Shown piece after piece: positions 61,800-64,000 of a stretch of 64,000 nucleotides of DNA. The first letter of the stretch is position 1; the number at the start of each line of letters is the position of its first letter. The position numbers and the translations under genes are program-made. Source of the stretch: Heteronotia binoei (lineage: Eukaryota); contig NC_083227.1 in the NCBI RefSeq assembly GCF_032191835.1, positions 18,290,001 through 18,354,000 on the forward strand, in the 5' to 3' direction. The notes below the pieces were generated by a model. It saw only the letters and a list, made by a program, of their open reading frames with translations, was not told the origin of the DNA and did no database searches.

Positions 61800-63883
61800 A
61801 CATATGCACTTCCCTCCATCCCCCCCTTGCGCTTGCTTCCCCGCCATCCACCATGCCACTGCAGGGCTTTTTGAAAAAATATATCTGTAGGAACTTGTTT
61901 GCCACAGAAATGGGAAATGGTTGTTTTATTTTAAATCTGGCAAAAAGCCCTCCGGAGGCATGGAGGGGAAAACGGCAGCGGTGAGGGGACGGTGGCAGTA
62001 GATGGTGCCAGTGTGGGGTGAGTCCTGACAATGAGCAACTAAGCCTCTAGCTGGTGTGCTGACTCTGACTGTGGTCTTTCCAGGGAGATTGCGGCCAACC
62101 AGGGGGACACCAAGGAAAGGGAACAATTGGAAGCCGGCGTCGTGCGGATGCGCCAGAAAACTCTGAACTGGTTTGGGAGGCGTTGTTGGAGCTCAGCCGC
62201 TGTACGGATTCATCCTCTCTTGTCCTCTCCTCTTCAGTCTACTGTGCAGCGGGCGAATTGGAAGCGTGGAGGTCGTCTTTGTGTTTGGAGTCCCGGTGTT
62301 AGCGCCACAGTGCAAGCCAGCCTAAACGGCCTTCCTCGCAGTCGACTGTCAGAAGACCCGCTGCCCGTAGCACAGGGAGGAGCCGTCGGCTGTCTCCCTC
62401 AGCCTCCCCTTGCTGCTGGCACCCGGACCATCGGCTGCCAGCGCAAAAGAAGGGAACCAAGGACAGACAGACTGTCTTCACTTGCTATCCTTTGTGTGGG
62501 TCTGTTTTCAGGCTGTTGATTTCCACGAGTAGAGAGAAGTTCCGAGATTTTATTTTATTACTTTTTTTTTTAATTGTTCGGTGCCATTTAAAACCATCAT
62601 TGTGAGTATTCTCTCTGATTCTGGAAGGTGTATCTGTACGGTTTTCTTTAAAATGACTCGGGGTAGTGGGGAGGCTTTTCACAAAACGAGGAACCTTTAG
62701 GCAAAATTAGAACCTCTGGAAAGTTTCCACTAACAGAAGGGTGGGAGGACAGTTTTTGCCACTTCCCGCCACATGGTGCAGACTTCCAGATCCCTCCTTT
62801 ACCTATTCTTGGGGACGTCTACCTCCAGAGCAGCACTTCTGAGGGATTGTTTTGGGCTGCAGTGAGAAGGGGTGAGGCAAGGCAATCCTGCTCCGGTGTT
62901 GGGACTCCCTTCTGCCTCCTGAGATTTACCAGGGGATCCAAGCCATTGTGACTTTTTTTTCTTCGATACTTGTTTTTTTTGGGGGGGGAGTAGCCTTGTG
63001 ATTTAAAAATACCCAAGCGGGGAGAAGGGATAAATAAAAGTACCTATGGGGTTTTGTGAGTGGGCAAAAAAACCCCATCTAGACTGAGGTGGCGATTGGA
63101 GGCAGGGAAAGAGTACAAATGTAGGGTTTTTAAAAAATGCTCTGTGAGTTTTTCCCCCAAGGCAAACACTGCTCTGGGGAATCTTTTTTTAAAATTTCTT
63201 TGAAGAGATACAGGCCCTGCCGATGACTTGGAGCATGTTTGCCTTACCACAGGAAGAGAAGTTCTTGGGGTAAAATATACTCCATGATACAATATGTGTG
63301 AGGTTGTGTCCCCCCCCCCCCTTTTCCACGCATGTTAGCAGGGTTTTAATGTCTGTGAAATGTTAGTTTTCATTGCTTTGTTCATTGTGTATGGCATACT
63401 GCTGTACTTTTTCTCTAATTTTATAATCCAGTTTTGTTTCATTTGTATGTATTACACATAGTATGCCTTTTTAATTTTTAAAACTTTTATTTCAACAGGT
63501 TAATCACAGGTTACATTGACAAATACGCCAAATTTGTCACAAGAAGTTAGTGGACATAATTTTTAGCAACACAATGATGTAAATACAACAAAATCTATGT
63601 ATAGATGCATCTTGGTTATCATAATAGAAACCCATGAGAATCATTATGGCACAACTGTTCGTAATAAAGTTTACCTACATAGCTAGAGAACTCTGACGCT
63701 GCTTGCATTATTTTATAAATCGTATGTTTAAGGTACAGTTTTACAGTTTGGCTTTGTTTTTGTTTAGACCTACATTTGAAAAAAAGTGTAGCAAAAAAAA
63801 ATACTGGTTGCCTTTTAGCAACTAATAGCAGCAGATTTATAAACTGTTCTGAATTGGAGGTATTTGTGTTCAGTATACTCAAG

Positions 63884-63931
63884 TAGTATCACTTTAGTAG
63901 TATCACTCAGTATCAAGTAGTATCACTCAGA
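63884..63931. repeat. Short imperfect tandem repeat of tagtatcact units
   Basis: agtagtatcactttagtagtatcactcagtatcaagtagtatcactcag. Confidence 0.6.
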
Positions 63932-64000
63932 TGGGAATGATGTACCTGTACTTTAGCTCATAAGGGAATGGTATAGCCTGCTATTTTTTGTATATGCTGT

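Overview
Vertebrate genomic DNA, very probably a squamate (gecko-like, inferred from the SINE/LINE families; the species cannot be fixed from sequence alone). The left half (minus strand) holds two paralogous KRAB-less SCAN + C2H2 zinc-finger genes. ZSCAN-A is intact (3 coding exons, 687 aa, 13 fingers). ZSCAN-B has the same exon layout, but a frameshift near 18567 uncouples its 8 fingers. The right half (plus strand) holds the most interesting element: two intact, colinear hAT-superfamily transposase-derived ORFs (640 aa at 39267-41189 and 643 aa at 56391-58322). They have no terminal inverted repeats. Each sits behind its own paralogous CpG-rich promoter/non-coding exon 1 and intron, and silent substitutions outnumber replacements in the segment I counted. 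This reads as a tandemly duplicated pair of domesticated transposase genes embedded in a ZNF cluster. The rest is repeat-dense: a young L2 LINE with an intact RT ORF, CR1 remnants, three SINE families, many hAT MITEs with 8-bp TSDs, and Penelope-like palindromes. Repeat family names come from recalled consensus motifs, not from a database search.
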